This document shows positions 19,198-30,760 of a DNA stretch of 64,000 nucleotides, piece by piece (the stretch's first letter is position 1; each line of letters opens with the position of its first letter). A model generated the notes under the pieces. The model was not told the origin of the DNA. It searched no databases and saw only the letters and a program-made list of their open reading frames with translations. Origin of the DNA: Spirochaetota bacterium (GTDB lineage: Bacteria; Spirochaetota; UBA4802; UB4802). The stretch covers positions 10,910-74,909 of the forward strand of contig JBBFLA010000006.1 in assembly GCA_037481795.1 (NCBI GenBank), in the 5' to 3' direction. The translations under genes were made by a program, and so were the position numbers.

Positions 19198-20514
19198 TTA
19201 TCGGGTACGCGAATTTATGTTAATAAGGATTCCAGCACTTATAAGTGACATTATTAAATTTGAACCACCATATGATAAAAAAGTCAGGGGAAGACCGGTA
19301 ACTGGCATTATACCCAATGCCATGCCAATATTAATAATCACATGAAAAAATATCATGCATGTTATTCCACCTGCAACAAGCATGCCAAATTTATCTGAAG
19401 CTTTTAATGCAATGGTAAATCCCTTATAGATGATATAGGCATATAACAAAAGTACTATAATTGCACCAATAAAGCCCCACTCTTCGGCAATAACAGAAAA
19501 AATGAAATCAGTGGATTTTTCGGGTAAAAAACCCAGTTGCGATTGTGAGCCTTTTAAAAATCCCTTGCCTATAATTCCACCTGAACCAATAGCTATCTTT
19601 GATTGTATCACATTATATCCTGAACCATAAGGGTCTAAATCAGGATTTAAGAAAACTAAAATTCTTCGCTTTTGATATTCTTTTAAAAATCGCTGAATAA
19701 TTACCGAAAAGAATAAACCTGATGAAAATATAAATGAAGGAATATAGATTGCTCTGTATATTTTAGAATTAAAAAAGAAATAAAGAATAAACGTTATAAT
19801 AGCAACAATTAATAGCGATCCAGAAATTATATATAAAAGATCATTGCCCTTTAAGAATGAGAAAATACCACCCGATATACTTACCCCACTCCATTCCAGA
19901 TATGTCAGCATCATTGGCACAAACAGGGCTATAGTGGCTATCCCTACAATAGAAATCAGTTGTGGGATGTCGGCACCACCTAAAAATAATAATGTTAAAA
20001 ATATTGGAACATAAATCATTGCCGTGCCAAAATCAGGTTGCAGGTAAATGAGCAAAACAGGAATGCCAATAATAGCAAACGGGATAAATAATTCACGCAA
20101 TCTTTTTATATCAAATTGCCGCAATTCCAGATATTTTGACAGTATCAAAATGCTTGCCAATTTCATAAACTCAGACGGCTGTACGGCAAAAAACCCAAAA
20201 CTTAACCATGCACGGGTATTACGTATTTTTGCTCCAAATATGGTTGTAATTAAAAGGAAAAATAGCAATATTAAATATATATATAGCGAATAATCACCCA
20301 GTAACCTATAATGTATTCGTGAAACCGCAAACATACATCCTGCACCAATGATAAACCATAACAACTGCTTTTTGTACAGCCCACTGTTGACCTTTTCAAT
20401 TGGGTCAAAGCCTGTTGCATAAATAGTAATAATACCAATTAAGACAAGAGCAATAATGGCAAAAAGGAAATTAACATCATATTCCTGAAAGGCTGATTTT
20501 ATGGTTTTGAACAT
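19198..20514 (-). CDS. rodA: SEDS-family peptidoglycan glycosyltransferase RodA
   Basis: FtsW/RodA topology and conserved motifs; last gene of the mre operon. Confidence 0.85.
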   Translation of the reverse strand: MFKTIKSAFQEYDVNFLFAIIALVLIGIITIYATGFDPIEKVNSGLYKKQLLWFIIGAGCMFAVSRIHYRLLGDYSLYIYLILLFFLLITTIFGAKIRNTRAWLSFGFFAVQPSEFMKLASILILSKYLELRQFDIKRLRELFIPFAIIGIPVLLIYLQPDFGTAMIYVPIFLTLLFLGGADIPQLISIVGIATIALFVPMMLTYLEWSGVSISGGIFSFLKGNDLLYIISGSLLIVAIITFILYFFFNSKIYRAIYIPSFIFSSGLFFSVIIQRFLKEYQKRRILVFLNPDLDPYGSGYNVIQSKIAIGSGGIIGKGFLKGSQSQLGFLPEKSTDFIFSVIAEEWGFIGAIIVLLLYAYIIYKGFTIALKASDKFGMLVAGGITCMIFFHVIINIGMALGIMPVTGLPLTFLSYGGSNLIMSLISAGILININSRTR

Positions 20515-20515
20515 A

Positions 20516-22342
20516 TTAAAAATATCCCTTCTTTATAAGTGTACTGAAAACTTGTTCAGCAACTGGTACGGCTGTAGCTGCTCCTGCAACGCCATATTCA
20601 ACCATGACAACTATAGCTACAACCTTTTCTGGCTCTGCATCATATGGGCCAAAACCTACAAACCAGGCATGCTGACTTGTATCTTCCTGCCTTTTAGAAC
20701 GTGTTTGTGCGGTTCCTGTTTTGCCACACATTTGCACTTTCAAATACCCTAACCGTGCTGCAGTACCACTGATTACAGCCATTCTCATTCCCTGTTTGAT
20801 AGTTTCCAGTGTTGTTGGCGACAAAGGGATTTCCCGCAATTTTTCAGGAACAACAACTGAAACTATAGATGAATTATCATTTGAACGAATCTCTTTCACA
20901 AGATGAGGTTTAAAAACAACCCCTGAATTAACAATTGCAGATATAAAATCCATCATGCCCATAGGGGTTACCAGCATAAAACCCTGACCAATGGAAAGAT
21001 TTACCGTATCACCATCAAACCATGGCTGACCAAAGGTCTTTAGTTTCCATTTTTTTGAAGGTATGAATCCTGTAATCTCACCTGGTATATCAATACCTGA
21101 AGGTTCAGCTAAACCTAAATAGCCCGCATAGTTAAAGATGGTAGTTGGCCCTAATTTTAAGCCAAGCTGGTAAAAATAAACACTACATGATTTTGCAATA
21201 GCCCACAATAAATTAACTGAACCATGAGCCTGATAGCAATAAAAATCCCTGTCTACATATCCCTTCAATGTATATTTACCAGAGCAATATAATGTTACAT
21301 TGGGATTCCATTTTTCTTCTTCCAATGCAGCAATTGCAGTAACCAGTTTAAAGGTTGATGCAGGGGGGTATCGCGACTGGATAGTCCTATTTAAAAATGG
21401 TTTATTCTTATCATTATTCAATTGTGTTATTATTTTTGCATTATTTTTTGATATAATCAGATTTGGGTCATAATCAGGCTTGCTTACTAAACTTAAAATT
21501 TCACCAGTTGCTGGCTTCATGACAATAACAGAACCCCTATTATCGCCCAATGCTGTATAGGCTGTTTTCTGGACATCATAATCAATCGTAAGAACGATAT
21601 TATACCCTGGCTTGGGATGCTGGCCAATTTCTTCTCCTTCAGTTCTGTTTTTGGCATCAACAATACGGCGTACATAACCATCAACACCTCGTAATGTTGA
21701 ATCATACTGCCGTTCAATTCCTGCTTTCCCTATCTTCTGATAGTATTTGTATCCAACATCCTTATAGGTATTATATTCATCTTTAGTCAAGCTTCCAATG
21801 TATCCCAACACATGCGAAAACATGTTTGCAAAAGGATATACCCGTACCGGTGCATCTTCCCACATAATGTTTGGAAATTTATCTTGATTAGTAGCGATAG
21901 TTACTACAATATCAAAAGGAACATCTTCCTGAATAATATATCTGTTATATGGATTACTTGACTGGATATCCGCAATTATCTCATTATAGGGAAGTTTTAA
22001 AAGTGCACATGCATTTTTTATTGCATAATATAATGTTTGTTTTTCCTGATACCGAGCGGGAATAACAATGATATTAAAAGATGGTCTGTTTGTTGCCAGT
22101 ACCATATTCTGTTTATCAGGAGCAAAATTTGTGTCATAAATTTCGCCACGGGATGCAGGAATAGGAATATTGTTTTCCATGTTCATGCGTGATTTTTCCG
22201 AATATTCCTTCCCCTGAATTATCTGCAGATTTACAAGCTGAAAGAAAAAAATACCAAACATGGCAATAACAATAATGCCAACAAAAAAAAGCCGTTTTCT
22301 GAACTCTTCTATTATCTTTGTTCTTATTGAAGCAAATTGCAT
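20516..22342 (-). CDS. mrdA: penicillin-binding protein 2 (elongasome transpeptidase)
   Basis: STFK active-site motif (PASTFKLVTA), SGN and KTG (CGKTGTAQ) motifs. Confidence 0.85.
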   Translation of the reverse strand: MQFASIRTKIIEEFRKRLFFVGIIVIAMFGIFFFQLVNLQIIQGKEYSEKSRMNMENNIPIPASRGEIYDTNFAPDKQNMVLATNRPSFNIIVIPARYQEKQTLYYAIKNACALLKLPYNEIIADIQSSNPYNRYIIQEDVPFDIVVTIATNQDKFPNIMWEDAPVRVYPFANMFSHVLGYIGSLTKDEYNTYKDVGYKYYQKIGKAGIERQYDSTLRGVDGYVRRIVDAKNRTEGEEIGQHPKPGYNIVLTIDYDVQKTAYTALGDNRGSVIVMKPATGEILSLVSKPDYDPNLIISKNNAKIITQLNNDKNKPFLNRTIQSRYPPASTFKLVTAIAALEEEKWNPNVTLYCSGKYTLKGYVDRDFYCYQAHGSVNLLWAIAKSCSVYFYQLGLKLGPTTIFNYAGYLGLAEPSGIDIPGEITGFIPSKKWKLKTFGQPWFDGDTVNLSIGQGFMLVTPMGMMDFISAIVNSGVVFKPHLVKEIRSNDNSSIVSVVVPEKLREIPLSPTTLETIKQGMRMAVISGTAARLGYLKVQMCGKTGTAQTRSKRQEDTSQHAWFVGFGPYDAEPEKVVAIVVMVEYGVAGAATAVPVAEQVFSTLIKKGYF

Positions 22343-22345
22343 ATC

Positions 22346-22846
22346 TTAACGACCTTCCCTGGACAACTCCTGTTCAAATATCTTATCAAAAAGGAAGAAT
22401 AATGGTGGGGATAATAAAGCATTATAAAATGATTCAGGTAAAATAATTGAAGTTATTGAGGATAATAATCCCTGATGAAATAAATAACATAATATAAGTG
22501 TTATGACACCTTTGGCAACAGAAGCAAAAAAGATCAAAAGAAAAACAGTAAAAAGATTTTCTTTAAAAATTGACCTTCCAAAAAAACCAATTATATACCC
22601 CAGAGCCATTTTTGGGAAAGCCAGTAATCCTAATGGTGAGTTGGAAATAGCATCATGCAATAGTCCACCTATAAATCCAGTAATCTCACCATATAATGAG
22701 CTAAAGCTGTAGGCAAAATATACAACAACGATAAAAACCAGGTCAGGTTTAACTCCACCTATTCTCAGAACATCAAAAGAAGAATGCCCCTGTATTATAA
22801 GTGATGCCAGCAATAGAGCCCCTGTTATTATATACATTAAAATCAT
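22346..22846 (-). CDS. mreD: rod shape-determining protein MreD
   Basis: Position and size; polytopic. Confidence 0.65.
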   Translation of the reverse strand: MILMYIITGALLLASLIIQGHSSFDVLRIGGVKPDLVFIVVVYFAYSFSSLYGEITGFIGGLLHDAISNSPLGLLAFPKMALGYIIGFFGRSIFKENLFTVFLLIFFASVAKGVITLILCYLFHQGLLSSITSIILPESFYNALLSPPLFFLFDKIFEQELSREGR

Positions 22847-23712
22847 AATTGTGATTCATCCTGAATTAATTTTAAAATCTCTTTATCCGGCTCTTTTTTT
22901 ATGACTACAACATTCTCAATAAGGTCAAAATTAATGTATGGCTTAACAAGAACACGCTGAAATGCACCAGATTCAGATGGGAATGATTTAACCGCAACTC
23001 CCACAAGTAACCCAGGAGGGAACACACCACCCTGGCCAGAAGTGATAACTATATCACCTGACTTGATAGTTGCCGTCTTATCAACATAATCAATGACACA
23101 TAATTTACCAATAGCCGAATACCCACTTAAAAGGCCGGGATATCTACTTTCTTGAAAAACAACACCAATCTTTAAATCAGGAGAAATAATTGGCACAATG
23201 CGTGATATTGAACCCCGTACTTCAATAATTTTGCCAACTATTGCCTTTTCATCTCCAAAAAATGCAACTACTGGCATATTGACTTCTATACCGTCAGAAC
23301 TACCTCTATTAATAATTATTGTTCTGAACCAATTGTCAGGATCTTTGGATATTATTGTAGCCAGAACTGAGTCATATTTTAGCCTTTGCTTAAGGCCTAA
23401 AAGGTTCCTTAGCTGCTCGTTTTCTCTCTTTATTTCTTCAAGCTCTTCTGCAACAGATTCATATTGCTGTAGCCGTAATCGTGTTTTTTCCAGTTCCTGT
23501 TGAGCATTCCGCAACTGTGAAAAACCTGACCATAAAAGAGATACATTGGTTTGAACAGCATGGTATAACTTCTGGAAAGGGAAAATAACAGCATTACCAG
23601 CTCCCTCCACAGCATTTGTCACCCCGGACGATTGTAAAGAGAGTGATATAAAACAAAATAGGGTAAATAGTATAAATAATACAATTGTTTTATGCTTTAT
23701 AAAAAATTCCAC
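22843..23712 (-). CDS. mreC: rod shape-determining protein MreC
   Basis: N-terminal TM, a coiled coil (LRNAQQELEKTRLRLQQYESVAEELEEI) and a beta-rich C-terminal domain. Confidence 0.85.
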   Translation of the reverse strand: MEFFIKHKTIVLFILFTLFCFISLSLQSSGVTNAVEGAGNAVIFPFQKLYHAVQTNVSLLWSGFSQLRNAQQELEKTRLRLQQYESVAEELEEIKRENEQLRNLLGLKQRLKYDSVLATIISKDPDNWFRTIIINRGSSDGIEVNMPVVAFFGDEKAIVGKIIEVRGSISRIVPIISPDLKIGVVFQESRYPGLLSGYSAIGKLCVIDYVDKTATIKSGDIVITSGQGGVFPPGLLVGVAVKSFPSESGAFQRVLVKPYINFDLIENVVVIKKEPDKEILKLIQDESQL

Positions 23713-23801
23713 AACAAACCTATCATTTATTTTAAGTATAAAATAAATACTCCTGCATAATATGCAAGAGCATTTGTATATAGAATGAATTACAGCCAGA
23801 A

Positions 23802-24827
23802 CTACTTCAGGTTAGAGCGGTAAAGATTTTTAATCTCCTCTAAGAATTTGCCCGCTCCCATGACCACACAGGTTAAAGGATTTTCAGCTCTTATAACCGG
23901 GACACCCGTTTCTTTGCTGATATACTTATCAAGACCTTTAAGCAGTGATCCACCACCTGATAGTACAATTCCACGCTCAACTATATCAGCTGCAAGTTCA
24001 GGGGGAGTACGTTCCAGGGTATGCTTAACAGCATCTAAAATCTGGTCCACAGGCTCTTTTAATGCTTTTCGTATTTCAGTAGAATCTATTTCCAATGTGC
24101 GAGGTAAACCAGAGATAGCATCGCGTCCTTTTAATTCCATAGTTTCAATTTTCTTTTCGGGGAAAGCATTGCCTAACCTGAATTTAACATCCTCGGCCAT
24201 TCGTTCACCAATAACCAGGTTGTACTGAGTTCGCATATATTTTATAATTGCTTCGTCAAATTCATCGCCCGCAATCCTTACTGAATCAGCAATAACCATA
24301 CCACCCAGTGATATAACAGCAATTTCAGTTGTACCGCCACCAATATCAACAATCATGTGACCGGCTGGCTCATGAATTGGAATGTTGGCACCGATTGCCG
24401 CCGCCAGTGCTTCTTCAATGAGATATATTTCCCTGGCACCAGCCTGTTCAGCAGACTCCCTGACAGCACGTTTTTCAACTTCCGTAATACCTGATGGCAC
24501 ACCTATAACAACCCTTGGGCGAACCAGAGTGGTACGCTTATGTACTTTCTGTATGAAATATCGTATCATTTTTTCTACCGTTTCAAAATCAGCAATAACA
24601 CCATCTTTCATTGGGCGTATTGCAACTATATCACCAGGAGTTCTCCCAAGCATCCTCTTTGCTTCATGTCCAACCGCTAAAACCTTACCTGTACTGGTCT
24701 GAACAGCAACAACAGAAGGTTCACTTAAAACAATACCCTGACCTTTTACATGAACCAGAGTGTTGGCGGTTCCTAAATCTATCCCCATGTCATTTGAAAA
24801 TAAACTATAAACCGAATCAAAAATCAT
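23802..24827 (-). CDS. mreB: rod shape-determining protein MreB
   Basis: Actin-fold phosphate motifs DLGTANT and [11 protein letters not shown]; 341 aa. Confidence 0.95.
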   Translation of the reverse strand: MIFDSVYSLFSNDMGIDLGTANTLVHVKGQGIVLSEPSVVAVQTSTGKVLAVGHEAKRMLGRTPGDIVAIRPMKDGVIADFETVEKMIRYFIQKVHKRTTLVRPRVVIGVPSGITEVEKRAVRESAEQAGAREIYLIEEALAAAIGANIPIHEPAGHMIVDIGGGTTEIAVISLGGMVIADSVRIAGDEFDEAIIKYMRTQYNLVIGERMAEDVKFRLGNAFPEKKIETMELKGRDAISGLPRTLEIDSTEIRKALKEPVDQILDAVKHTLERTPPELAADIVERGIVLSGGGSLLKGLDKYISKETGVPVIRAENPLTCVVMGAGKFLEEIKNLYRSNLK

Positions 24828-24949
24828 AATAAGTTTACCTTTTAGTCAATAAATTGATTGTCAGTATATTATGTGCAATTGAATGATACTTTTGAGCCGT
24901 TTTTGTCAAGCGATTATCATTAAATTTTTTTATCAAAAATGAAAAAAGA

Positions 24950-26002
24950 TTACATTATCCCCAGTAATCGCTTGGCTTCGGCATTTTCTGAATCAAGCAA
25001 AAGGACCTCACTCCATAACGCCTTTGCCTGAGATACATTCCCAACAGCTGAATATACTTTCCCTAACCAAAGTTTACACTGCACATCATGATCATCAATC
25101 TGGAGGGCAGCATTCAGATGTTCAAGAGATTGTTCATAAACTCCTTTTCTATAAAATATCTTTCCTAATTCAATGTGAACTTCTTTAATAATAGTATTAT
25201 CCCTGGAATTCTGGAGTATATTTCTATATTGGATTATTGCATTACTCTGCTGATTGGCATAAAGATATGATGCAGCTAAAAACATTCTTCCTTCAATATT
25301 ATCTGAAATGCCTCTGGATTTTACAAGCTCAATCCCTTCTTCATAATGCCCACTTTTTATGGCTATAAGGGAATACATTCTGATATTATGTAAGGATAAT
25401 TTTTGTATATTTGAAACTTTTTGAATTATGGTATATATTTCATTAACAGGATAATATCCACTTAAATATAAAGATGCAGCCTGAATAACCCTTGTATTGT
25501 CATCAATTGAAGACCGGCCTCCCAGAGCTATCCCTTTATTTATAGCTTTTATAGATAAAAGAAAATACTGGCGTATATTAGCTGAGATATTCTGTAATAC
25601 CGTTTCATCATATAGCGAATAAATTGGTTTATTTAAAAGACTATAGGCATAATGACAATATGATTCCCCCAGTAAATAATATGCATCTGAACTCAACGGA
25701 TTGCTTTCAGCATATTTATATGCTGCATTGCAGAGATCTTTTAACTGCTGCTGGCGGATGGTAATATCTGGCTGCTTTGATGCTATCTCAATTTTTTCCT
25801 GTAATTTATTTATTGTATATTTCCAGAAGAAAATATATTGATGATACTGGTGAATAACATAGAAAGCAGCAACTATTAATAATATATTAACAACCCATTT
25901 AGTTGTAATTTTTCTTCTCTGTTTTGATTTATAGCGATAGTACATGATAAAAAACCCACCCTTAAAATTAAGATTTGGTAAAACTAAAATATTCCTTTTC
26001 AA
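24950..26002 (-). CDS. TPR-repeat protein with N-terminal TM
   Basis: Multiple TPR-like repeats. Confidence 0.55.
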   Translation of the reverse strand: MKRNILVLPNLNFKGGFFIMYYRYKSKQRRKITTKWVVNILLIVAAFYVIHQYHQYIFFWKYTINKLQEKIEIASKQPDITIRQQQLKDLCNAAYKYAESNPLSSDAYYLLGESYCHYAYSLLNKPIYSLYDETVLQNISANIRQYFLLSIKAINKGIALGGRSSIDDNTRVIQAASLYLSGYYPVNEIYTIIQKVSNIQKLSLHNIRMYSLIAIKSGHYEEGIELVKSRGISDNIEGRMFLAASYLYANQQSNAIIQYRNILQNSRDNTIIKEVHIELGKIFYRKGVYEQSLEHLNAALQIDDHDVQCKLWLGKVYSAVGNVSQAKALWSEVLLLDSENAEAKRLLGIM

Positions 26003-26654
26003 TATTCAGTAATATATCAGACTCTTCATTAAGAACTATGCAATTAACAGTATTTTTGCCTTTTATTGTAAATAACATGTAATTATCCTGTGCTTTCATA
26101 GAAGCAATACGATAAAAGTCATAGCGATACAATTTATTATTAATTGTAATATTGATTCCCTGTTGTACATATTGTAAATAACCTGATCCAATTCTTGTCA
26201 GAAAACTCCAGTCATGCGAATTTAGATGATCAGAAATAGCACCAATTTTACCACTACTATCAACATATAGAATAACATTATACCCCTTTCTGGCTTCTTG
26301 AGATTGCAATATACTATCTTTATCTTTATCTTGATCTTTATTCTTATTCACAGACTCTTTTTCAGGTTTGGTTGAAATTTCATGGGTTACATCAATATCA
26401 ATATCCGGTAAATCATCAAGATTTTGTTCATCCATTTGTGAAATTACTGTGTTTGTTGTTTTATGATGTTTGGATGCAAAAAAGTCATCATCAAAATTGG
26501 GTACAAATCTATCCTGCGGTAGTGTCTTTTTTATAGAAACTTCAAAAAACTCAGAATACAATACAAGCAAAACACCTGCAAATACTAACGCAACTGCTAC
26601 ATATAATAAAATCATTTGGCTATCCTGCATGATAATAATAAAATTAAAACACAC
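25968..26654 (-). CDS. hypothetical membrane-anchored protein
   Basis: N-terminal TM and a low-complexity KD-rich linker. Confidence 0.35.
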   Translation of the reverse strand: MCFNFIIIMQDSQMILLYVAVALVFAGVLLVLYSEFFEVSIKKTLPQDRFVPNFDDDFFASKHHKTTNTVISQMDEQNLDDLPDIDIDVTHEISTKPEKESVNKNKDQDKDKDSILQSQEARKGYNVILYVDSSGKIGAISDHLNSHDWSFLTRIGSGYLQYVQQGINITINNKLYRYDFYRIASMKAQDNYMLFTIKGKNTVNCIVLNEESDILLNIEKEYFSFTKS

Positions 26655-26760
26655 ATCTTAAATAAGATATCAAGATTAATACGTTATTATGGAAAAATTG
26701 GTTTTTCCTATAAATATTGTCGAAATTATAAATTTACAAGTCAAGGATTAATTACAAAAA

Positions 26761-27711
26761 TTACGGTATTTTCCATAAACCAGCTTTAAGGTAAGGCTTA
26801 CTTTTTGAGGGGAAATCTTCTGGTTCATGTTCCAAAAACTCTAATTTCCAGTGTTGTGGATGTAATGACCGGTAATCACGTACACTCATGGAAACGGCAT
26901 TAATTGTTGTCAGGGCATACCCTCCTTCTGTAATATGCTCAATGAATGATAGATAATCTCTGTAATGTGTTTTAACACTGAAATTTTGCTTTTTATTTCT
27001 TGAAAACGTCGGCGGATCAAAAATCACAAAATCAAAATGCGCTTTTTGCTTAACCTGCCTTTTTAAATACTGCCTGCAGTCCATTTTAATAAAATCCCTT
27101 AAGTCATACTGAATATCATTTAATACATAATTCTGTTTTACTCTGTTCAAAACCGTTTGTGAGATATCCACATTAACCGCATACTGTAAGCCATTTTTCA
27201 GTGCATGAACTGAAAACAGTCCTGTATAACAAAAAAGATTACATAACCTCCCACCGTTTTGATAATAATTGACCATTGTTTCACGCACCTTTCGCATATC
27301 AAGAAAAACGCCCGTATTCTGTCCATGAATAAGATCAACATATGCAGCAATATTATTTTGTTTAATTGCAAAATTATCTGGTGGCAGGTTCCCATCTATA
27401 AGGATGCTGGTGCGCAGCTTTGCAATTTGCTGGGGGTCATTAACTTTGGTTCTGTCTTTAAGCAATATCCCATTTACAGGAATATGTAATGAAGAAAGGA
27501 TTTTTTTACAATCGTTACATATTTTAGGGTAGTCCTGATACAATGAACTATCGTACAACTGTAATAAAACAAAGCTATTATAATAATCAATAATAAGACC
27601 TTCACAATTATCGCCATCACTATTGAATAACCTGAAAGCATTGGTGTGAGTGCTTTTAAAAAGATGCTCGCGTTTTTGTATGGCCTGCTCTATGATTTTC
27701 AAAAATGGCAT
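26761..27711 (-). CDS. class I SAM-dependent rRNA methyltransferase (RlmI/RlmK-like)
   Basis: SAM-binding LCNLFCYTGLFSVHA motif followed by VNVDIS, plus catalytic DPPTF. Confidence 0.7.
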   Translation of the reverse strand: MPFLKIIEQAIQKREHLFKSTHTNAFRLFNSDGDNCEGLIIDYYNSFVLLQLYDSSLYQDYPKICNDCKKILSSLHIPVNGILLKDRTKVNDPQQIAKLRTSILIDGNLPPDNFAIKQNNIAAYVDLIHGQNTGVFLDMRKVRETMVNYYQNGGRLCNLFCYTGLFSVHALKNGLQYAVNVDISQTVLNRVKQNYVLNDIQYDLRDFIKMDCRQYLKRQVKQKAHFDFVIFDPPTFSRNKKQNFSVKTHYRDYLSFIEHITEGGYALTTINAVSMSVRDYRSLHPQHWKLEFLEHEPEDFPSKSKPYLKAGLWKIP

Positions 27712-28338
27712 TTACCGTGTAATACTATCCAAAGTTTCTTTAATACGATTTTCAAGGACATGAAAATCATTTTTGTCAATTAATGAACTATCAACAATAT
27801 ACGACATTCCGCAGGCAATAACATTAGGAATTGCTAAATACTGTTTAATGCTGGAAGGCATAATACCGCCTGTTGGTATAATGGAAAACGAAAATTTTAT
27901 AAACGGCTCTATAATTGCCTTAAGATATTTAACGCCACCTGTATATTCTGCCGGGAAAAACTTTAACATTGTACAACCTGATTGCAAAGCATGTGCAAGC
28001 TCAGTGGCTGTTGTAAAACCAGGTATGTATTGTATATCGGTAAAGCTGTGCGATAGTTCTATTAATGAGTCGCTGATGCAAGGAGAAATCACAAATGCAG
28101 CTCCTGCATTAATTGCGTCCTTAAAGTCATCCTGGCTCAACACACTTCCTGCTCCTATAGTAAGCTGCGGGAACGATTTTTTTAGTGCAGTGATACATTC
28201 AAGTGCCTGTGGAGTCCGCAGTGTGACTTCGATACAGTTTATGCCATATTGAAGTAATATTTTGGCAATAGTTATTATTCTGGAACTATCGCTAAAAACA
28301 CCAATTGGGATAACTGGAACTGTAAGGTTGAACTGCAT
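27712..28338 (-). CDS. eda: KDPG/KHG aldolase
   Basis: IEVTLRTP...GAGSVL...GAAFVISP motifs of the Eda family. Confidence 0.7.
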   Translation of the reverse strand: MQFNLTVPVIPIGVFSDSSRIITIAKILLQYGINCIEVTLRTPQALECITALKKSFPQLTIGAGSVLSQDDFKDAINAGAAFVISPCISDSLIELSHSFTDIQYIPGFTTATELAHALQSGCTMLKFFPAEYTGGVKYLKAIIEPFIKFSFSIIPTGGIMPSSIKQYLAIPNVIACGMSYIVDSSLIDKNDFHVLENRIKETLDSITR

Positions 28339-28351
28339 GGCATGTAAGAAC

Positions 28352-28726
28352 TTACAATGAAAGCCGTGGATATCGCAATTCTATCTTGTTGCCGTCCGGG
28401 TCAGTAAAAACAACCAGACGACCTTTACGAATATTTTCTGGTCCAAATACTATAGGAATATTTTTTTCCTCTAATTCATCAATCGCATCATCAAAATCTT
28501 CTTCATCAATATAAAAGCATATATGGCTTTTTGAGTTCTCAGGTGCTTTGTAGTCTTTCACTTCTGCAAGCTTGATTAAAATATCACCAACTTTTATATA
28601 CGCTTCACCTGAATTGCTTGCTCTTTCAACCACTTCAAAATCAAACAAATCACTATAAAATTCAATAGATCTATCCAGATCTGATACAGTTATACCTATG
28701 TGATCAACATTCTCTATTACTATCAT
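28352..28726 (-). CDS. VOC/glyoxalase I family protein
   Basis: Metal-ligand containing N-terminal beta-alpha-beta-beta-beta module (VDHIGITV). Confidence 0.65.
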   Translation of the reverse strand: MIVIENVDHIGITVSDLDRSIEFYSDLFDFEVVERASNSGEAYIKVGDILIKLAEVKDYKAPENSKSHICFYIDEEDFDDAIDELEEKNIPIVFGPENIRKGRLVVFTDPDGNKIELRYPRLSL

Positions 28727-28876
28727 TTCTGTTTCTCCTTTTCAATTTCTTGATATATAAAATGACAGATCCTTTAATTCAGTATTACTATTAGAAATCA
28801 TATTCAACCATGTTTTAAAACTCTTTTAAGTATTGTCAATTATTTAAAGCCATTCACATGAAAAATATTTTCTTTT

Positions 28877-30706
28877 TTATTCAACAGTAACACTTTTTGC
28901 TAAATTTCGTGGCTGATCTACATTACACCCGCGCAAGACTGCAATATGATATGCCAGAAGCTGTAAGGGAATAACCGTTAAAAGTGGTGATACAATCTTT
29001 CGTGTTTGCGGAACATACAAAACATGATCAGCATATTTTTTAATGTCTTCGTCACCTTCGGTAGCAATTGCAATGATTTTTCCTTTACGGGCTTTTACTT
29101 CTTGCATGTTGCTTATAACTTTCTGGTATACCTCATCCTTAACTGCAATAAAAACAACCGGCATATCTTCATCAATAAGGGCGATAGGCCCATGCTTCAT
29201 TTCTGCAGCAGGATACCCTTCTGCATGGATATACGAAATTTCTTTCAGTTTTAATGCACCTTCAAGTGCTACTGGAAATTGAATTCCCCGTCCTAAATAC
29301 AGAAAATTACGGTGATCCTTATATAATTGTGCAATTTTTTTTATTTCATCATTTTTATCAAGAATCTGCTTTACACATTGTGGTGCATTAATCAATTCCT
29401 GCAAAAACTCCCTTCCTGCATCAGCGGTCATATACTTTCTTCGTGCTAAATAAAATGTTAATAATATTAACACAGTAATCTGTGATGTGAACGCTTTAGT
29501 GGAAGCAACACCTATCTCAGGACCTGCGTGTATATATACTCCGCCATCACTTTCCCGCGCAATGGTGCTTCCCACAACATTGGTTATACCAAGCACCTTT
29601 ACTCCACGGGCCTTTGCTTCGCGCAGGGCAGCCAGAGTATCGGCTGTTTCACCTGACTGGCTTATGACAATTACCAAATCGCCTTTATCAAGTATTGGAC
29701 TTCTATACCTGAATTCTGATGCATATTCAACTTCAACCGGTATCCGTGCATACTCTTCAATAAGATATTCACCTATTAATCCAGCATGCCAGGATGTACC
29801 GCATGCAATAAAGATAATTCTTCTGATTGCATTTAATTCATCTTCAGTTAATCGTAAGCCATCCAAACGCGTTTTGCCCTCATCCAGTAGAATTCTTCCT
29901 CTGAAAGCATTCTGTATGGTTTCAGGCTGCTCAAATATTTCTTTGAGCATAAAGTGGGCAAAACCCTGCTTTTCAATATCAGCAATATCCCAGTCAATTT
30001 TGTCAGTATGCTTTTCAACTGTTTGCTTTTTCAGATCAAAGGTTTTAACCGCATTCTTTGTAATTTCAATTATCTCCCCATCCGATACATATATTACATT
30101 ACGGGTGTGTTCCACTATTGCACTGGCATCAGATGCCACTATCATTTCACCATCACCCACACCAATGATTAATGGACTACCATTACGTGCGGCAATTATT
30201 TTATCCGGTTCTTTTTTTGAAATCACGACAATGCCATACGTGCCCTCAACTTTGGTTAATGTCTTTTGAACTGCATCTACCAGTGGCATTGTCTGGTGAT
30301 AATACTCAATAAGGTGTACCAAAACCTCGGTATCTGTTTCACTTTTAATAGTATGTTCATGCTGTATGAGAATTTTTTTTATAGCTGCATAATTTTCTAT
30401 AATGCCATTATGCACCAGAGCTATTTCACCATTACAATCAGTATGGGGATGCGCATTAATATCATTTGGCTCACCATGAGTAGCCCACCGTGTATGCCCA
30501 ATCCCAACGTTAAAATTTTTAAATTCGTCATAATTTAAAATGGCATTGAGCTCAGAAACTTTTCCTTTTTGTTTTTGAACAATTAGCTTGTTATTGAGTG
30601 CGGCAATACCCACAGAGTCATACCCCCTGTATTCAAGGCGGCGCAATCCATTAATGAGAACTTCCGCTACGTTTTTATTGCCAATATAACCCACAATGCC
30701 ACACAT
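28877..30706 (-). CDS. glmS: glutamine--fructose-6-phosphate aminotransferase
   Basis: MCGIVGYIG N-terminal nucleophile and two SIS domains; 609 aa. Confidence 0.95.
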   Translation of the reverse strand: MCGIVGYIGNKNVAEVLINGLRRLEYRGYDSVGIAALNNKLIVQKQKGKVSELNAILNYDEFKNFNVGIGHTRWATHGEPNDINAHPHTDCNGEIALVHNGIIENYAAIKKILIQHEHTIKSETDTEVLVHLIEYYHQTMPLVDAVQKTLTKVEGTYGIVVISKKEPDKIIAARNGSPLIIGVGDGEMIVASDASAIVEHTRNVIYVSDGEIIEITKNAVKTFDLKKQTVEKHTDKIDWDIADIEKQGFAHFMLKEIFEQPETIQNAFRGRILLDEGKTRLDGLRLTEDELNAIRRIIFIACGTSWHAGLIGEYLIEEYARIPVEVEYASEFRYRSPILDKGDLVIVISQSGETADTLAALREAKARGVKVLGITNVVGSTIARESDGGVYIHAGPEIGVASTKAFTSQITVLILLTFYLARRKYMTADAGREFLQELINAPQCVKQILDKNDEIKKIAQLYKDHRNFLYLGRGIQFPVALEGALKLKEISYIHAEGYPAAEMKHGPIALIDEDMPVVFIAVKDEVYQKVISNMQEVKARKGKIIAIATEGDEDIKKYADHVLYVPQTRKIVSPLLTVIPLQLLAYHIAVLRGCNVDQPRNLAKSVTVE

Positions 30707-30733
30707 ACAAATTTCTCCTTTGAAAATTGCAAA

Positions 30734-30760
30734 TTATAATATTCATTCCAGAGTTTTCAA
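30734..30760 (-). promoter_or_regulatory. sigma70-type promoter for glmS (TTGAAA-16-TATAAT on minus strand)
   Basis: On the minus strand, TTGAAAactctggaatgaataTTATAAT lies about 25 nt upstream of AAGGAGAAA-ATG. The 5' UTR is too short to contain a glmS ribozyme. Confidence 0.45.

Noticed and set aside
29487-30269. 260-aa ORF antisense within glmS
   Set aside because: It is a shadow ORF of a highly conserved gene.
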